Below, one piece after another: positions 27,798 to 37,630 of a stretch of DNA of 64,000 nt. How positions within the stretch are numbered: the first letter of the stretch is position 1; each line of letters starts with the position of its first letter. Position numbers and translations under genes: made by a program. The notes under the pieces are model-generated. The model was not told the DNA's origin. It did no database searches and worked only from the letters and a program-made list of their open reading frames with translations. The stretch comes from Escherichia phage JLBYU40, in sequence record NC_105514.1, one strand, 5' to 3'.

Positions 27798-29146
27798 AGG
27801 TTGTTATATCTAATAAAGCCTATTTCAAGCCCGATGATGAACTTTGGGATTATTGTAGTAAGCAAACCACTTATCACATAGAGACAATGACTAGTAAATA
27901 CCCTATTATGTATAAGAATAGTGGTGTTGTTGCCAAAGAGATTAAGTGGATTCCTATTACGCGTCTGGACTTACTGGATGCTAAAGGAGTAAAATACGAA
28001 TTAGTCGATAAACGCACATTAGCTCCGGTAGATATACCAAAACCTAAGTTCAAGCTGCGTGAAGAAGATCAACTTCCAATATACGAAGAATGCGATGATA
28101 CATGTATTATTAATGGTAAGCCTGGATTTGGTAAAACTATCCTAGCCCTTGCACTTGCGTATAAATTTGGCCAGAAAACGTTGGTAATCTGTACGAATAC
28201 ATCCATTCGTGAAATGTGGGCAGCGGAAGTTCGTAAATGGTTTGGGTTTGAACCAGGCATCATAGGTTCTGGGAAATACAATATTGATCCACCAATTGTA
28301 GTCAGTAATATTCAAACAGTGAATAAACATGCAAATACTCTTTCTAAGGTATTCGGTACTGTTATAGTTGATGAAGTTCACCATTGTGTGGCTACAACTT
28401 TCACTAATTTCCTAGAAATATCATGTGCTCGCTATAAAATTGGACTATCCGGTACACTAAAACGAAAAGATGGTTTACAAGTTATGTTCAAAGATTTCTT
28501 TGGATATAAGATATTTAGTCCACCGGTTAATAATACTGTTGCACCTACAATCCATAGGTACTCCGTGCCTGTTGAGCTATCAGGAAACCAAAACGTACCG
28601 TGGGCGTTACGTGCTAATGATGTATACAATCATCCTGAATATCGAGAGACTATTATAAATCTAGCACATTTATACGTGAATATGGGGCATAAAGTACTCA
28701 TTGTAAGCGATAGAACAGAGTTAATCCAAACAGTACTAGAAGCTCTTGCACAGCGTGGTGTTACAACATATGAAATTATAGGGGCAACCCCCTTAGATGA
28801 CCGATTAAAAATTCAGGAAGATATAGCAAAAGGTGGGCCTTGTGTACTTGCAGCAGCTCAAAGTATCTTCTCTGAGGGTATTTCCCTTAATGAGCTATCT
28901 TGTTTAATAATGGGAAGCCTCATTAATAATGAATCTCTCATTGAACAGCTTGCAGGGCGTGTTCAACGTATTGTCGATGGTAAACTCGACCCCATTGTTG
29001 TAGATCTAATTATGAAAGGTGGCACTGGACTAAGACAGGCTTCGGGACGTATGGCAGTATATCGTAACAACGGGTGGAAAACTATTACTATGACTCCGGA
29101 GAAAGCAGTTCAATTAGCTAAAATTGCATTTGGCAACAGCTTATAA
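27794..29146 (+). CDS. SF2 DNA helicase
   Basis: Walker A GKPGFGKT and DEVH box VIVDEVHH; 450 aa. Confidence 0.8.
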   Translation: MKVVISNKAYFKPDDELWDYCSKQTTYHIETMTSKYPIMYKNSGVVAKEIKWIPITRLDLLDAKGVKYELVDKRTLAPVDIPKPKFKLREEDQLPIYEECDDTCIINGKPGFGKTILALALAYKFGQKTLVICTNTSIREMWAAEVRKWFGFEPGIIGSGKYNIDPPIVVSNIQTVNKHANTLSKVFGTVIVDEVHHCVATTFTNFLEISCARYKIGLSGTLKRKDGLQVMFKDFFGYKIFSPPVNNTVAPTIHRYSVPVELSGNQNVPWALRANDVYNHPEYRETIINLAHLYVNMGHKVLIVSDRTELIQTVLEALAQRGVTTYEIIGATPLDDRLKIQEDIAKGGPCVLAAAQSIFSEGISLNELSCLIMGSLINNESLIEQLAGRVQRIVDGKLDPIVVDLIMKGGTGLRQASGRMAVYRNNGWKTITMTPEKAVQLAKIAFGNSL

Positions 29147-29158
29147 ATGATGTATAAT
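29130..29158 (+). promoter_or_regulatory. Sigma70 promoter TTGGCA-N17-TATAAT
   Basis: Overlaps the helicase stop codon. Confidence 0.55.
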
Positions 29159-29229
29159 ATATACATAAATTTGAGAGAGAAAGTTTCGGGTTGATAAGAA
29201 AGTCCGAAGCAGAAAAATAAAAATTTTAG

Positions 29230-29259
29230 TTGCTAAATTCTCTCGAAATCTAGTATAAT
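29230..29259 (+). promoter_or_regulatory. Sigma70 promoter TTGCTA-N18-TATAAT
   Basis: Followed by the ACATAAATTCGAGGAG leader. Confidence 0.55.
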
Positions 29260-29366
29260 ATATACATAAATTCGAGGAGAAAACAAAAATTAAATTCTTC
29301 GATTATGAAAAGCTATACTTACTAGCTAGAGGAAATTCCGACTTAATTATTAAGCTATTCAAAAGA

Positions 29367-29651
29367 ATGCTTACAGAGCCTGATGCTCACCAATTATTGG
29401 TCGGTTCCTCATTCATTTTGAATGAATCAACAATAGTTGATAATCCAAATAAATTGTCTAATAGACAACTGGCAGAATATCTAGGAATTTTAAGTCTACG
29501 AAATTATGCCGAATACAAGTTTACAAACGATCCTAGTTTGGACATACAATATGTTCCAGTATGGATACCACGGTTAGTAATCGACACTAACCCACTAATC
29601 GCAATTAACAAATCGAAATTAATCTTTAAAGAGGAAATAAAATATGGCTAA
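29367..29651 (+). CDS. Hypothetical protein (94 aa)
   Basis: ORF only; poor RBS. Confidence 0.3.
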   Translation: MLTEPDAHQLLVGSSFILNESTIVDNPNKLSNRQLAEYLGILSLRNYAEYKFTNDPSLDIQYVPVWIPRLVIDTNPLIAINKSKLIFKEEIKYG

Positions 29652-30417
29652 GTCTTGGGGCGAAACTACTGGCGGTTCTAACGATAAAATCGAATTCCTG
29701 AAGTTCAACAACGGTATCACTCGTGTTCGTATCGTTTCTGGTGTTCTTCCACGTTATGTCTATTGGCTGACTAATAAAGAGGGTAGCGTAGCTCCTTTCG
29801 AATGTCTCCGTTTTAACCGCGACAAAGAGAGCTTTGTTCGTGGTAAAGCTGATCCGGTTCATGAGATGGGCTTCTTTGAGAAAGAGCTGGATAAAGATGG
29901 TAATCGAGTTCCGCTGAAACCGAAGAAAAACTATATCGCTTTTGTTATCGACCGTTCTGATAACAAACTGAAAGTAATGGAAGTCAAAGCTACTATTCTG
30001 AAAGGCATCCAGTCTATCATGAAGCAGTTGAATCTGGCAACTCCGTTTGATATTGATATTTCTATTGAGAAAAAAGGCAAAGGTTTCGATACTGAGTATG
30101 ATGTACAGCAGATTGCTGCTATGCAGTTCCAGATTAAGCTGCAAGATCCTAACAGTGCGGAATCTAAGCAATATGCTGCGGATGTAGATCTGATTGGTGA
30201 AGCTATGTGTGATGAAGATGGCGACATCATTAAGTTCGAAAAAGTTCCTTCTCTGGAGCAAACATATCCGGTTCCTACCTATGAAGAGCAGAAAGAAGCA
30301 ATTCAAGCCTTCATGGAAGGTCGTGAGAATAAAGATGATGATGCCAAATCTGGTAACAGCAATGCTGGTTCCCAGAAAGGTATTGACCAAGAAGCTGCAA
30401 GCGATCTGGACGACTAA
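29644..30417 (+). CDS. Putative ssDNA-binding protein with acidic C-terminal tail
   Basis: C-terminus ...EAASDLDD typical of phage SSB tails; host-optimal codons; AAGAGGAAA RBS. Not confirmed by search. Confidence 0.4.
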   Translation: MAKSWGETTGGSNDKIEFLKFNNGITRVRIVSGVLPRYVYWLTNKEGSVAPFECLRFNRDKESFVRGKADPVHEMGFFEKELDKDGNRVPLKPKKNYIAFVIDRSDNKLKVMEVKATILKGIQSIMKQLNLATPFDIDISIEKKGKGFDTEYDVQQIAAMQFQIKLQDPNSAESKQYAADVDLIGEAMCDEDGDIIKFEKVPSLEQTYPVPTYEEQKEAIQAFMEGRENKDDDAKSGNSNAGSQKGIDQEAASDLDD

Positions 30418-30424
30418 TAAATAG

Positions 30425-30446
30425 AGGGGCTTCGGCCCCTTTTCTT
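30425..30446 (+). terminator. Intrinsic terminator with UUCG tetraloop
   Basis: AGGGGC-ttcg-GCCCCT followed by TTTCTT. Confidence 0.7.
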
Positions 30447-30454
30447 ATATCTTT

Positions 30455-30932
30455 ATGATTACACAAGATAGACTTAAAGAGCTATTGGACTATGATCCTC
30501 TAACTGGTGTATTTAGATGGAAAGTCTCAAGGGGAAGAGTATCAAAAGGCTCCATAGCAGGGACGGAAGTATGGGTATCTGATAACTATATCAGATTGGA
30601 AATCCGAATTGATGGTAAAAGGTATAAAGCACATCAGCTAGCTTTCCTATATGTGTATGGATACATTCCAGAAGAAATCGACCATAAGGATAGGAATCCA
30701 TTAAATAATGCCATAGATAATTTACTAGACTCTTCTAAGTCACGCAATCAGTTGAAATAGAAACAGGAATAGTAATAAAGAATTACCAAAAGGTGTTTTC
30801 TTAAAACATTCAACTGGTAGGTATTTTGTTCAAATTAAAGGTAAGCATTATGGATATACAGATTCCATACATGAAGCAGAGACTGTAGCAAATGCAGTAT
30901 ATGATAGTCTATTAAGTGAAAATACTATTTAG
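30455..30932 (+). pseudogene. HNH endonuclease interrupted by a +1 frameshift
   Basis: Frame A (30455-30760) has the HNH core HQLAFLYVYGYIPEEIDHKDRNPLNNAIDNL; the AP2-like domain GVFLKHSTGRYFVQIKGKHYGYTDSIHEAETVANAVYD continues in the +1 frame (30756-30932). Confidence 0.6.
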
Positions 30933-31893
30933 TGCTGATCATCATATTAAGCTGGGCCAAGATAAAATACCCAAAGAATGGCAGAAGCGTCGCTTCCTGA
31001 TGCTAGGAGAACGGTTAAATGATATATTCCATAATCATAACTGTGATCTTCATATTGCTGGTGGTGATATACTTGATGTTGCCGATCCGTCGTCAGAAGA
31101 AATAGAGCTGCTTGAACAGTTCATGTCAAGACTCGACCATCCAGGCAAAATCTTTACTGGAAATCATGAAATGTTAACTAAAACCATTTCATGTCTATAT
31201 CATTATGCAGGAGTTATTAATAAAGTAACGAGTGGTAAGTGGGAAGTAATTACCAAACCATATCGTTCCCCTGAATTTGATATTGTTCCATATGACGAAA
31301 TCCATAAATCTAAGTGGAAACCATCTGAATCAAAACTATGTTTCACACATGTTCGTGGTGAAATCCCTCCACATGTAAAACCAGAAATTGATCTAACTAA
31401 ATATAACTGTTATGATACTGTAATTGCTGGCGATTTACATTCTTATACTAATAGCCAGACTATCGGATCTACTAGACTTCTCTACCCAGGGTCTCCATTA
31501 ACTACATCGTTCCATAGAGAACGCACAAAAGGTACAAATGGTTGCTTTATCATTGATACCGACACATTAAAAGTAGAATGGATTGAACTCGGTGATTTAC
31601 CACAACTGATTCGTAAAACAATCGGAGCTGGTGAAGAGATGGAACCTAGTGATTACGATCGTGTAGTATATGAAGTTACTGGTGACGTTGTTCAGTTAAA
31701 GTCAATCAAAGACTCTGATTTATTAGATAAGAAAATTAACCATCGAGTTACTAAAGACGCTAAGTTAAATCTTGTTGATCTTGATATGCTAGGCGAACTT
31801 GAACTTTACTTCCGTGAAGTCGAGAAGCTATCTCAAGGCGACATTGATAGAATCTTGGCTAGAGCTGCGAAATATGTCAAAGATTACAATTAA
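30916..31893 (+). CDS. SbcD/Mre11-like nuclease
   Basis: Calcineurin-like phosphoesterase motifs ADHH, GGDILD, GNHE; GTG start. Confidence 0.85.
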   Translation: MKILFSADHHIKLGQDKIPKEWQKRRFLMLGERLNDIFHNHNCDLHIAGGDILDVADPSSEEIELLEQFMSRLDHPGKIFTGNHEMLTKTISCLYHYAGVINKVTSGKWEVITKPYRSPEFDIVPYDEIHKSKWKPSESKLCFTHVRGEIPPHVKPEIDLTKYNCYDTVIAGDLHSYTNSQTIGSTRLLYPGSPLTTSFHRERTKGTNGCFIIDTDTLKVEWIELGDLPQLIRKTIGAGEEMEPSDYDRVVYEVTGDVVQLKSIKDSDLLDKKINHRVTKDAKLNLVDLDMLGELELYFREVEKLSQGDIDRILARAAKYVKDYN

Positions 31894-33712
31894 GACACTA
31901 AAATTTAGTAACGTTATGTCTTACGGTAAGGACATCGTAATTCATTTCGATAAGAATCCAGTTACTCAAATAATTGGTGGCAATGGGCTAGGGAAATCCA
32001 CCATCGCTACGGTTATCGAGGAATTGTTTTATAACAAGAACTCACGTGGTATTAAGAAGGATGCTCTGTTCTCTTGGGCTTCTCCGAAAAAAGAGTATGA
32101 TATGCACGCTTACTTCTCGAAAGATGAAGATGAGTACGAATTGCATAAAGTAGTTAAGTCAACTGCTAAAGTAACTCTTATTAAGAATGGAGAAGATATT
32201 AGTGGACACACGGCAACTCAAACATACAAGATGATTGAAGAGATTATGGGTGGTGACTTCCAAACATTCACCAAACTGATTTATCAATCGGTGGGTTCCA
32301 ATCTAGATTTTCTAAAAGCAACGGATGCAACACGTAAGGCTTTTCTTGTCAATTTGTTCAATCAAGAACAGTATAAAGAAATGTCAGAAACTATTAAGGC
32401 TGACCGTAAAGAAATAGCAAATACCTTAAATAATTTGCAGGGCCAAATGGCTGTAGTTACGAAAATCCTTAATGGAAAAAATAATCTAGGAACTTTGCAG
32501 GAACCTGTAGAAGTACCGGAGTTTGATGAAGAGCCATTAGCACAAGAACTTACTGAATCGAAAATTAAGGCGGCATTAGCCAAGTCTCAAGAGGCTAATA
32601 TTACTAAGTTGCGTAATTTGGACAAAGCTGTACAAGTTGCCGAACAATCTTTCGAGCCTTTCAAAAATTTGCCTGCGCCCACTGACCAAAATGAAGAGAT
32701 CTCAAGTGTTACGCGTGACCTAACGATTGTGACCTCACGTGCGGGCGAAGTTAAGAAACGTTATCAGAAGTTCAAGCAAGAGGCTTCAAATACTGAATGT
32801 CCTACTTGTGGTACTCATCTGGATACAACTGCTGCTCAAAAAGCAATGGATATGGCTAGAACAGAATATGACCCTCTGTTCAAAGAGAAACAATCTCTTG
32901 AAGCTAAGTTAGAACAGTTGAAGAAAGAACAACTTGAGTACACTACATATATTAGAGCAAAGGATGCTTTGGATAAAGCAGTAGCAGCTAGAGACGAGTT
33001 CAAAAATTCAATGAGTGATGCTTCTTTTGAAGAACTCAATGTGCAAAACCTACAGGTGCAAATCCGACAATTAGAACAGGAAATCGCTAATGGCCGTTCT
33101 AAGGTTGCAATTGCCAAAGAGCATAATGCAAATGTCGAATTAGCCAATGCAAAATATAAAGCGAAACTAGAACAGATTGAGAAAGCTGAGGCAGAAATGT
33201 CTGAGATTACTTCCAAACTGGATGAGGTATCAGAAGCTGTTGCTGATCTCGATATTCTGATCGCTGCATTAAAGAATCTAGTAGGATATAAACTAGAGCA
33301 TAGTGTGAAAGTATTTGAAGAGCTTATCAATAAATATCTTTCCATTATGACTGGAGGTAAATTCGCACTTGGATTTGAACTTGATGAAACAAAATTACAA
33401 GTAGTAATCTTCAATGATGGAAACCGTACCAGTATGGAGAACTGCTCTACTGGTCAGCAAAGTCGAATTAATCTAGCAACCCTATTAGCTATTCGAATGC
33501 TATTAACATCTATTAGTAAAGTTAATATTAATCTTCTGTTCCTTGACGAAGTAATTAGCTTTATTGATACGAAAGGACTTGATACCCTAGTTGAACTATT
33601 AAATGAGGAAGAAAGTCTAAATTCTATCATTGTTTCTCATGGGCATACGCATCCATTAGCTCATAAGATTACTGTCAAAAAAGATGCAGAAGGATTTTCC
33701 TACTTAGAATAA
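31874..33712 (+). CDS. SbcC/Rad50-like ATPase
   Basis: Walker A GGNGLGKST, zinc hook CPTCG within a coiled coil, Walker B LLFLDEV; start ATG 31874. Confidence 0.85.
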   Translation: MSKITIKTLKFSNVMSYGKDIVIHFDKNPVTQIIGGNGLGKSTIATVIEELFYNKNSRGIKKDALFSWASPKKEYDMHAYFSKDEDEYELHKVVKSTAKVTLIKNGEDISGHTATQTYKMIEEIMGGDFQTFTKLIYQSVGSNLDFLKATDATRKAFLVNLFNQEQYKEMSETIKADRKEIANTLNNLQGQMAVVTKILNGKNNLGTLQEPVEVPEFDEEPLAQELTESKIKAALAKSQEANITKLRNLDKAVQVAEQSFEPFKNLPAPTDQNEEISSVTRDLTIVTSRAGEVKKRYQKFKQEASNTECPTCGTHLDTTAAQKAMDMARTEYDPLFKEKQSLEAKLEQLKKEQLEYTTYIRAKDALDKAVAARDEFKNSMSDASFEELNVQNLQVQIRQLEQEIANGRSKVAIAKEHNANVELANAKYKAKLEQIEKAEAEMSEITSKLDEVSEAVADLDILIAALKNLVGYKLEHSVKVFEELINKYLSIMTGGKFALGFELDETKLQVVIFNDGNRTSMENCSTGQQSRINLATLLAIRMLLTSISKVNINLLFLDEVISFIDTKGLDTLVELLNEEESLNSIIVSHGHTHPLAHKITVKKDAEGFSYLE

Positions 33713-33715
33713 AAC

Positions 33716-34198
33716 ATGGCTGTAGATAGTAGAGAGAAAGGTAAACGTGGTGAATATCAGGTAAGAGATATTCTACGTGAGCGTACAGGTCTTGAGTGGG
33801 AACGTGTTCCTGGCTCTGGTGCTTTTGGCCAGAGCCATGGACTAAAAGGTGACATCTACCTTCCACCACAAAGCGGACACATTAGTAAATACTGCTTCGA
33901 AGTTAAGTGGTATAAAGATGATAATATATCAAGTAATTTATTTAATGTTGGTGAATCCACTCTAGAGAAGTGGTGGCAGCAGTGCTCACGTGAAGGTGAG
34001 CAGATGAACTCCAAACCTGCATTAATATTCAAAAAAGACAGAGGACAGTGGTTAATAGCTTTGGATAGCTCAGACCCGATGGTTGACAACTTAATGAGTC
34101 GTACCCATATGGTGTTAAATAAGAAAGACATGGAAATCGTAATTGGCTTATTTGAGCCGTGGCTACATCATGCATCTGTTGAGGACTTAATTAAATAA
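33716..34198 (+). CDS. Putative PD-(D/E)xK nuclease / Holliday-junction resolvase-like protein
   Basis: Pattern RGEYQVRDIL...ERVPGSG...KGDIY...FEVKWYK consistent with an E...D...E.K nuclease core. Confidence 0.4.
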   Translation: MAVDSREKGKRGEYQVRDILRERTGLEWERVPGSGAFGQSHGLKGDIYLPPQSGHISKYCFEVKWYKDDNISSNLFNVGESTLEKWWQQCSREGEQMNSKPALIFKKDRGQWLIALDSSDPMVDNLMSRTHMVLNKKDMEIVIGLFEPWLHHASVEDLIK

Positions 34199-35073
34199 TG
34201 AGTAAATCCTGGGGAAAATTTATTGAAGAAGAGGAAGCTGAAATGGCTTCCCGTCGTAACCTAATGATTGTCGATGGAACTAACTTAGGCTTTCGCTTCA
34301 AACATAACAATAGTAAAAAACCATTTGCCTCAAGTTATGTTTCCACTATTCAGTCTCTTGCAAAATCTTATTCTGCTAGAACTACAATAGTTTTAGGAGA
34401 TAAGGGGAAGTCTGTATTCCGCTTAGAACATCTCCCCGAGTATAAAGGGAACCGAGATGAGAAATACTCGCAGCGTACGGAAGAGGAGAAAGTATTAGAT
34501 GAGCAGTTCTTCGAGTATTTGAAAGATGCTTTCGAATTATGTGAAACTACATTCCCAACTTTCACTATTCGTGGTGTAGAAGCAGACGACATGGCAGCTT
34601 ATATTGTTAAGCTCATTGGGCATCTATATGATCACGTTTGGTTGATTTCTACTGACGGTGACTGGGATACCTTATTAACTGATAAAGTTTCACGCTTCTC
34701 TTTCACAACACGTCGTGAATATCATCTTCGTGATATGTACGAGCATCATAATGTTGACGATGTAGAGCAGTTTATCTCTCTGAAAGCAATTATGGGTGAT
34801 TTAGGGGATAATATCCGTGGTGTTGAAGGTATTGGGGCAAAACGCGGATATAATATTATTCGTGAATTTGGTAACGTTCTGGATATTATTGATCAACTTC
34901 CACTGCCTGGAAAACAGAAATATATACAGAATTTAAATGCTTCGGAAGAATTGCTTTACCGAAATCTAATTCTGGTTGATTTACCTACCTACTGTGTGGA
35001 TGCTATTGCTGCTGTAGGTCAAGATGTATTAGATAAGTTCACAAAAGATATTTTGGAGATTGCAGAACAATGA
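34198..35073 (+). CDS. D15: Flap endonuclease / 5'-3' exonuclease
   Basis: N-terminal LMIVDGTNLGFR and H3TH region; 291 aa. Confidence 0.85.
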   Translation: MSKSWGKFIEEEEAEMASRRNLMIVDGTNLGFRFKHNNSKKPFASSYVSTIQSLAKSYSARTTIVLGDKGKSVFRLEHLPEYKGNRDEKYSQRTEEEKVLDEQFFEYLKDAFELCETTFPTFTIRGVEADDMAAYIVKLIGHLYDHVWLISTDGDWDTLLTDKVSRFSFTTRREYHLRDMYEHHNVDDVEQFISLKAIMGDLGDNIRGVEGIGAKRGYNIIREFGNVLDIIDQLPLPGKQKYIQNLNASEELLYRNLILVDLPTYCVDAIAAVGQDVLDKFTKDILEIAEQ

Positions 35074-35516
35074 TTAAAATTAAATTAACTCACCCAGATT
35101 GTATGCCTAAGATTGGTTCCGAAGATGCCGCAGGTATGGATCTGCGAGCATTCTTTGGTACAAACCCTGCCGCAGATTTACGTGCTATTGCGCCAGGCAA
35201 ATCCCTAATGATTGACACTGGTGTCGCGGTAGAAATTCCGCGAGGTTGGTTCGGTTTGGTGGTTCCTCGTAGCTCTTTAGGTAAGCGCCATTTGATGATT
35301 GCAAACACCGCAGGGGTGATCGACTCAGACTATCGTGGTACTATTAAGATGAACCTCTATAATTACGGTTCTGAAATGCAAACTCTGGAGAATTTCGAGA
35401 GACTTTGTCAGCTAGTGGTACTCCCACATTACTCAACTCATAATTTTGAAATCGTTGATGAGTTAGAAGAGACTGTACGTGGGGAAGGAGGATTTGGAAG
35501 TTCAGGAAGTAAGTAA
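35070..35516 (+). CDS. dut: dUTPase
   Basis: Motifs AGMDLRA, RSSLGKRH, GVIDSDYRG. Confidence 0.9.
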   Translation: MIKIKLTHPDCMPKIGSEDAAGMDLRAFFGTNPAADLRAIAPGKSLMIDTGVAVEIPRGWFGLVVPRSSLGKRHLMIANTAGVIDSDYRGTIKMNLYNYGSEMQTLENFERLCQLVVLPHYSTHNFEIVDELEETVRGEGGFGSSGSK

Positions 35517-35537
35517 TCTACATATAAAATAAATAAT

Positions 35538-35575
35538 AAACCCCAGTGGACAAAATCCACTGGGGTTTTCTTTTA
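35538..35575. terminator. Bidirectional intrinsic terminator between early (plus) and late (minus) units
   Basis: CCCCAGTGG-acaaaat-CCACTGGGG flanked by an A-run upstream and T-run downstream. Confidence 0.8.
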
Positions 35576-37342
35576 TTGTGATACTAATTGTACCTTTAAT
35601 TGCTCAAGCTCTTTCTCTAGATCTTCAATCCGTTTAATAAGATCTTGCACAACATGCATAGTGTCAAGAAGCATTGGAGTTGTATCTAGTTCCTTTTGCT
35701 CCTGCTCTATTCCGTCATCATTATAAAATTTTCTAGTTTTTACATAAAGTGGTTCTATAGTCTCTACTTGCTGAGCAATAACCCCACGTCGGACACGAGA
35801 TTTTTCATCGTTATTATATACAAAGGATTGGAATTCTAATCCTTTTAATACCTCGATGGACTTAGTTGCGTCTATAGCCTTAATATCATGCTTTAAGCGA
35901 GAATCAGATACAGCATTTAATTGCAAAGTATAGGTTGCTGAAGCACCTGGCCACCAAGAATAAAAATAAATACTATTATTATTCGGCTGAATTTTTAAAC
36001 GCACACCAAATTTATTATCATCATCTCCCGCTACCTGCCAACAAGAATCTGCAAATGAGCCTAAGTCATTATGAATTAATCCAAAATGTGCAGATGTCTT
36101 ATACCCTGCGGAAGAAGACTGGGAACCGCTCAATATACTATAAAAGTTAAATGTACTACCTATATTGACCTCGTTCTGAGAAAGAGTACCTTGTACCCGG
36201 CCAGTCTGAGACCACGCCATGCCAGTAACTAATCTAGCTTTAAAACGATCCGTTACAAAATCCCCATTATCTACAAGCTGGGCGGAATTCGATTTACCGG
36301 TAGATTTATTGTCTATTAGTAGTTCAGTAGAGTAGGTGCCACCAATAGTAGCTTTAGCTCGTAGTGTACTTACAGCCTCACTACTAGTACCTACTTTATA
36401 CTCAGATAGTACACTCCCTCCATAAACAGTAGTACCAGTATTAGGTTTGACAACACCACCACTAATAACACTCCACGAAGTCTTTGCAGCCACGAACCCA
36501 CCAGAAGCACGGATTACCCAGACACCTATAAAGCTGTTTGGAATAATAGTACCTTTTATTCCATAACGCCCATAAACAGGGTCCGCTAAGTTTGCATCAA
36601 AACTAAATCCGTATTGGTTATCAGGATTAACTACGGCAAATGATTTAGATGCACCTCCAGGAGCGGCACCTAAGCCGTTTTCACCACCAATCGCCCCAAT
36701 AAGACCAAATCTAGATGAATATCTATTAAGCGCTTCTTCATATGCACCAGCAATAGCGCCAGGAAAACTACCAGTAATATTGGGTGCTGCAGCTTCTGAT
36801 ATTGAACCAGCTTGACCAGCATCTCCCCCACCGTCACCACGAGCGAATAACCCTTTGATTGAATCTAGTTGCACACCATTACGATCTGGGACGCGGAAAG
36901 TAGTGGTACCATCTCCCGTAGAATATTTCCCACGTTGTTTGATATCAGACACCCAAATGTCATCACTAATTGCCCCCACCATTTGAGCGTAAGCCCAAAG
37001 CTCCGGCCAGTCAGCCCTGTTAAGAAGCTGCCCATCAGAAACTACCTCATAAGGTTGAATATACGCACGGCTATCTCGAAGATGAAAATCCCCCACCCCG
37101 TAGTTCATAACACCATTCATTGTGGGTCCTACTGTGCCAGTATTAAGTTTGTTCTCCACCCAACGCTTAGTTGCGGCATCATAGTCCCCAACAGGATCCC
37201 CCGCAAGAGGGGTGGACCCAATAGGACGCACATTTAACCATGCTGCTGCACGGTCTGCTAAGTCACTTAAATTATTATTCTTGTTAAGTGACTCATTTTT
37301 AAGTTTTGTAATATCCGTAGGAATTACTGTTTTAGTTACCAT
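35573..37342 (-). CDS. Lateral tail fibre protein B with C-terminal intramolecular chaperone (S74-like) domain
   Basis: C-terminal SDSRLKHDIKAI...EFQSFVYNNDEKSRVRRGVIAQQVE chaperone signature; Gly-rich fibre region. Confidence 0.75.
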   Translation of the reverse strand: MVTKTVIPTDITKLKNESLNKNNNLSDLADRAAAWLNVRPIGSTPLAGDPVGDYDAATKRWVENKLNTGTVGPTMNGVMNYGVGDFHLRDSRAYIQPYEVVSDGQLLNRADWPELWAYAQMVGAISDDIWVSDIKQRGKYSTGDGTTTFRVPDRNGVQLDSIKGLFARGDGGGDAGQAGSISEAAAPNITGSFPGAIAGAYEEALNRYSSRFGLIGAIGGENGLGAAPGGASKSFAVVNPDNQYGFSFDANLADPVYGRYGIKGTIIPNSFIGVWVIRASGGFVAAKTSWSVISGGVVKPNTGTTVYGGSVLSEYKVGTSSEAVSTLRAKATIGGTYSTELLIDNKSTGKSNSAQLVDNGDFVTDRFKARLVTGMAWSQTGRVQGTLSQNEVNIGSTFNFYSILSGSQSSSAGYKTSAHFGLIHNDLGSFADSCWQVAGDDDNKFGVRLKIQPNNNSIYFYSWWPGASATYTLQLNAVSDSRLKHDIKAIDATKSIEVLKGLEFQSFVYNNDEKSRVRRGVIAQQVETIEPLYVKTRKFYNDDGIEQEQKELDTTPMLLDTMHVVQDLIKRIEDLEKELEQLKVQLVSQ

Positions 37343-37351
37343 TATAAAACC

Positions 37352-37630
37352 TTACGCCCACTCTCTAAGAGGCTGTTCCAACTGAACTATAAAAGGCTCA
37401 AAGTATTCATAAGTAAAGGATTCACCAAGAATCCTTACATTAACATAGTATCCTTCATTACGGGTGTATCTAGGTTCCTCATCGCCTGGTGCGGAGATTT
37501 CAGTATAAGTATAGCCAATCTCGTCCAGGAGAAACATATCTCGTAACTCTTCATTTTCTTGCCAGTTTATTCCAACTAAGAAATTTTTATATTCGTTCTT
37601 GTCTTTAAATTTTAATATTATATCTTTCAT
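37352..37630 (-). CDS. Hypothetical protein between the two fibre genes (92 aa)
   Basis: Translationally coupled (ATGA overlap with the upstream fibre gene). Confidence 0.4.
   Translation of the reverse strand: MKDIILKFKDKNEYKNFLVGINWQENEELRDMFLLDEIGYTYTEISAPGDEEPRYTRNEGYYVNVRILGESFTYEYFEPFIVQLEQPLREWA

Noticed and set aside
29626-30390. 254-aa minus-strand ORF
   Set aside because: Fully antisense to the SSB-like gene; hydrophobic low-complexity translation with no RBS.
32836-33414. 192-aa minus-strand ORF
   Set aside because: Antisense to the coiled-coil region of the SbcC-like gene; Ser/Ala-rich artefact.
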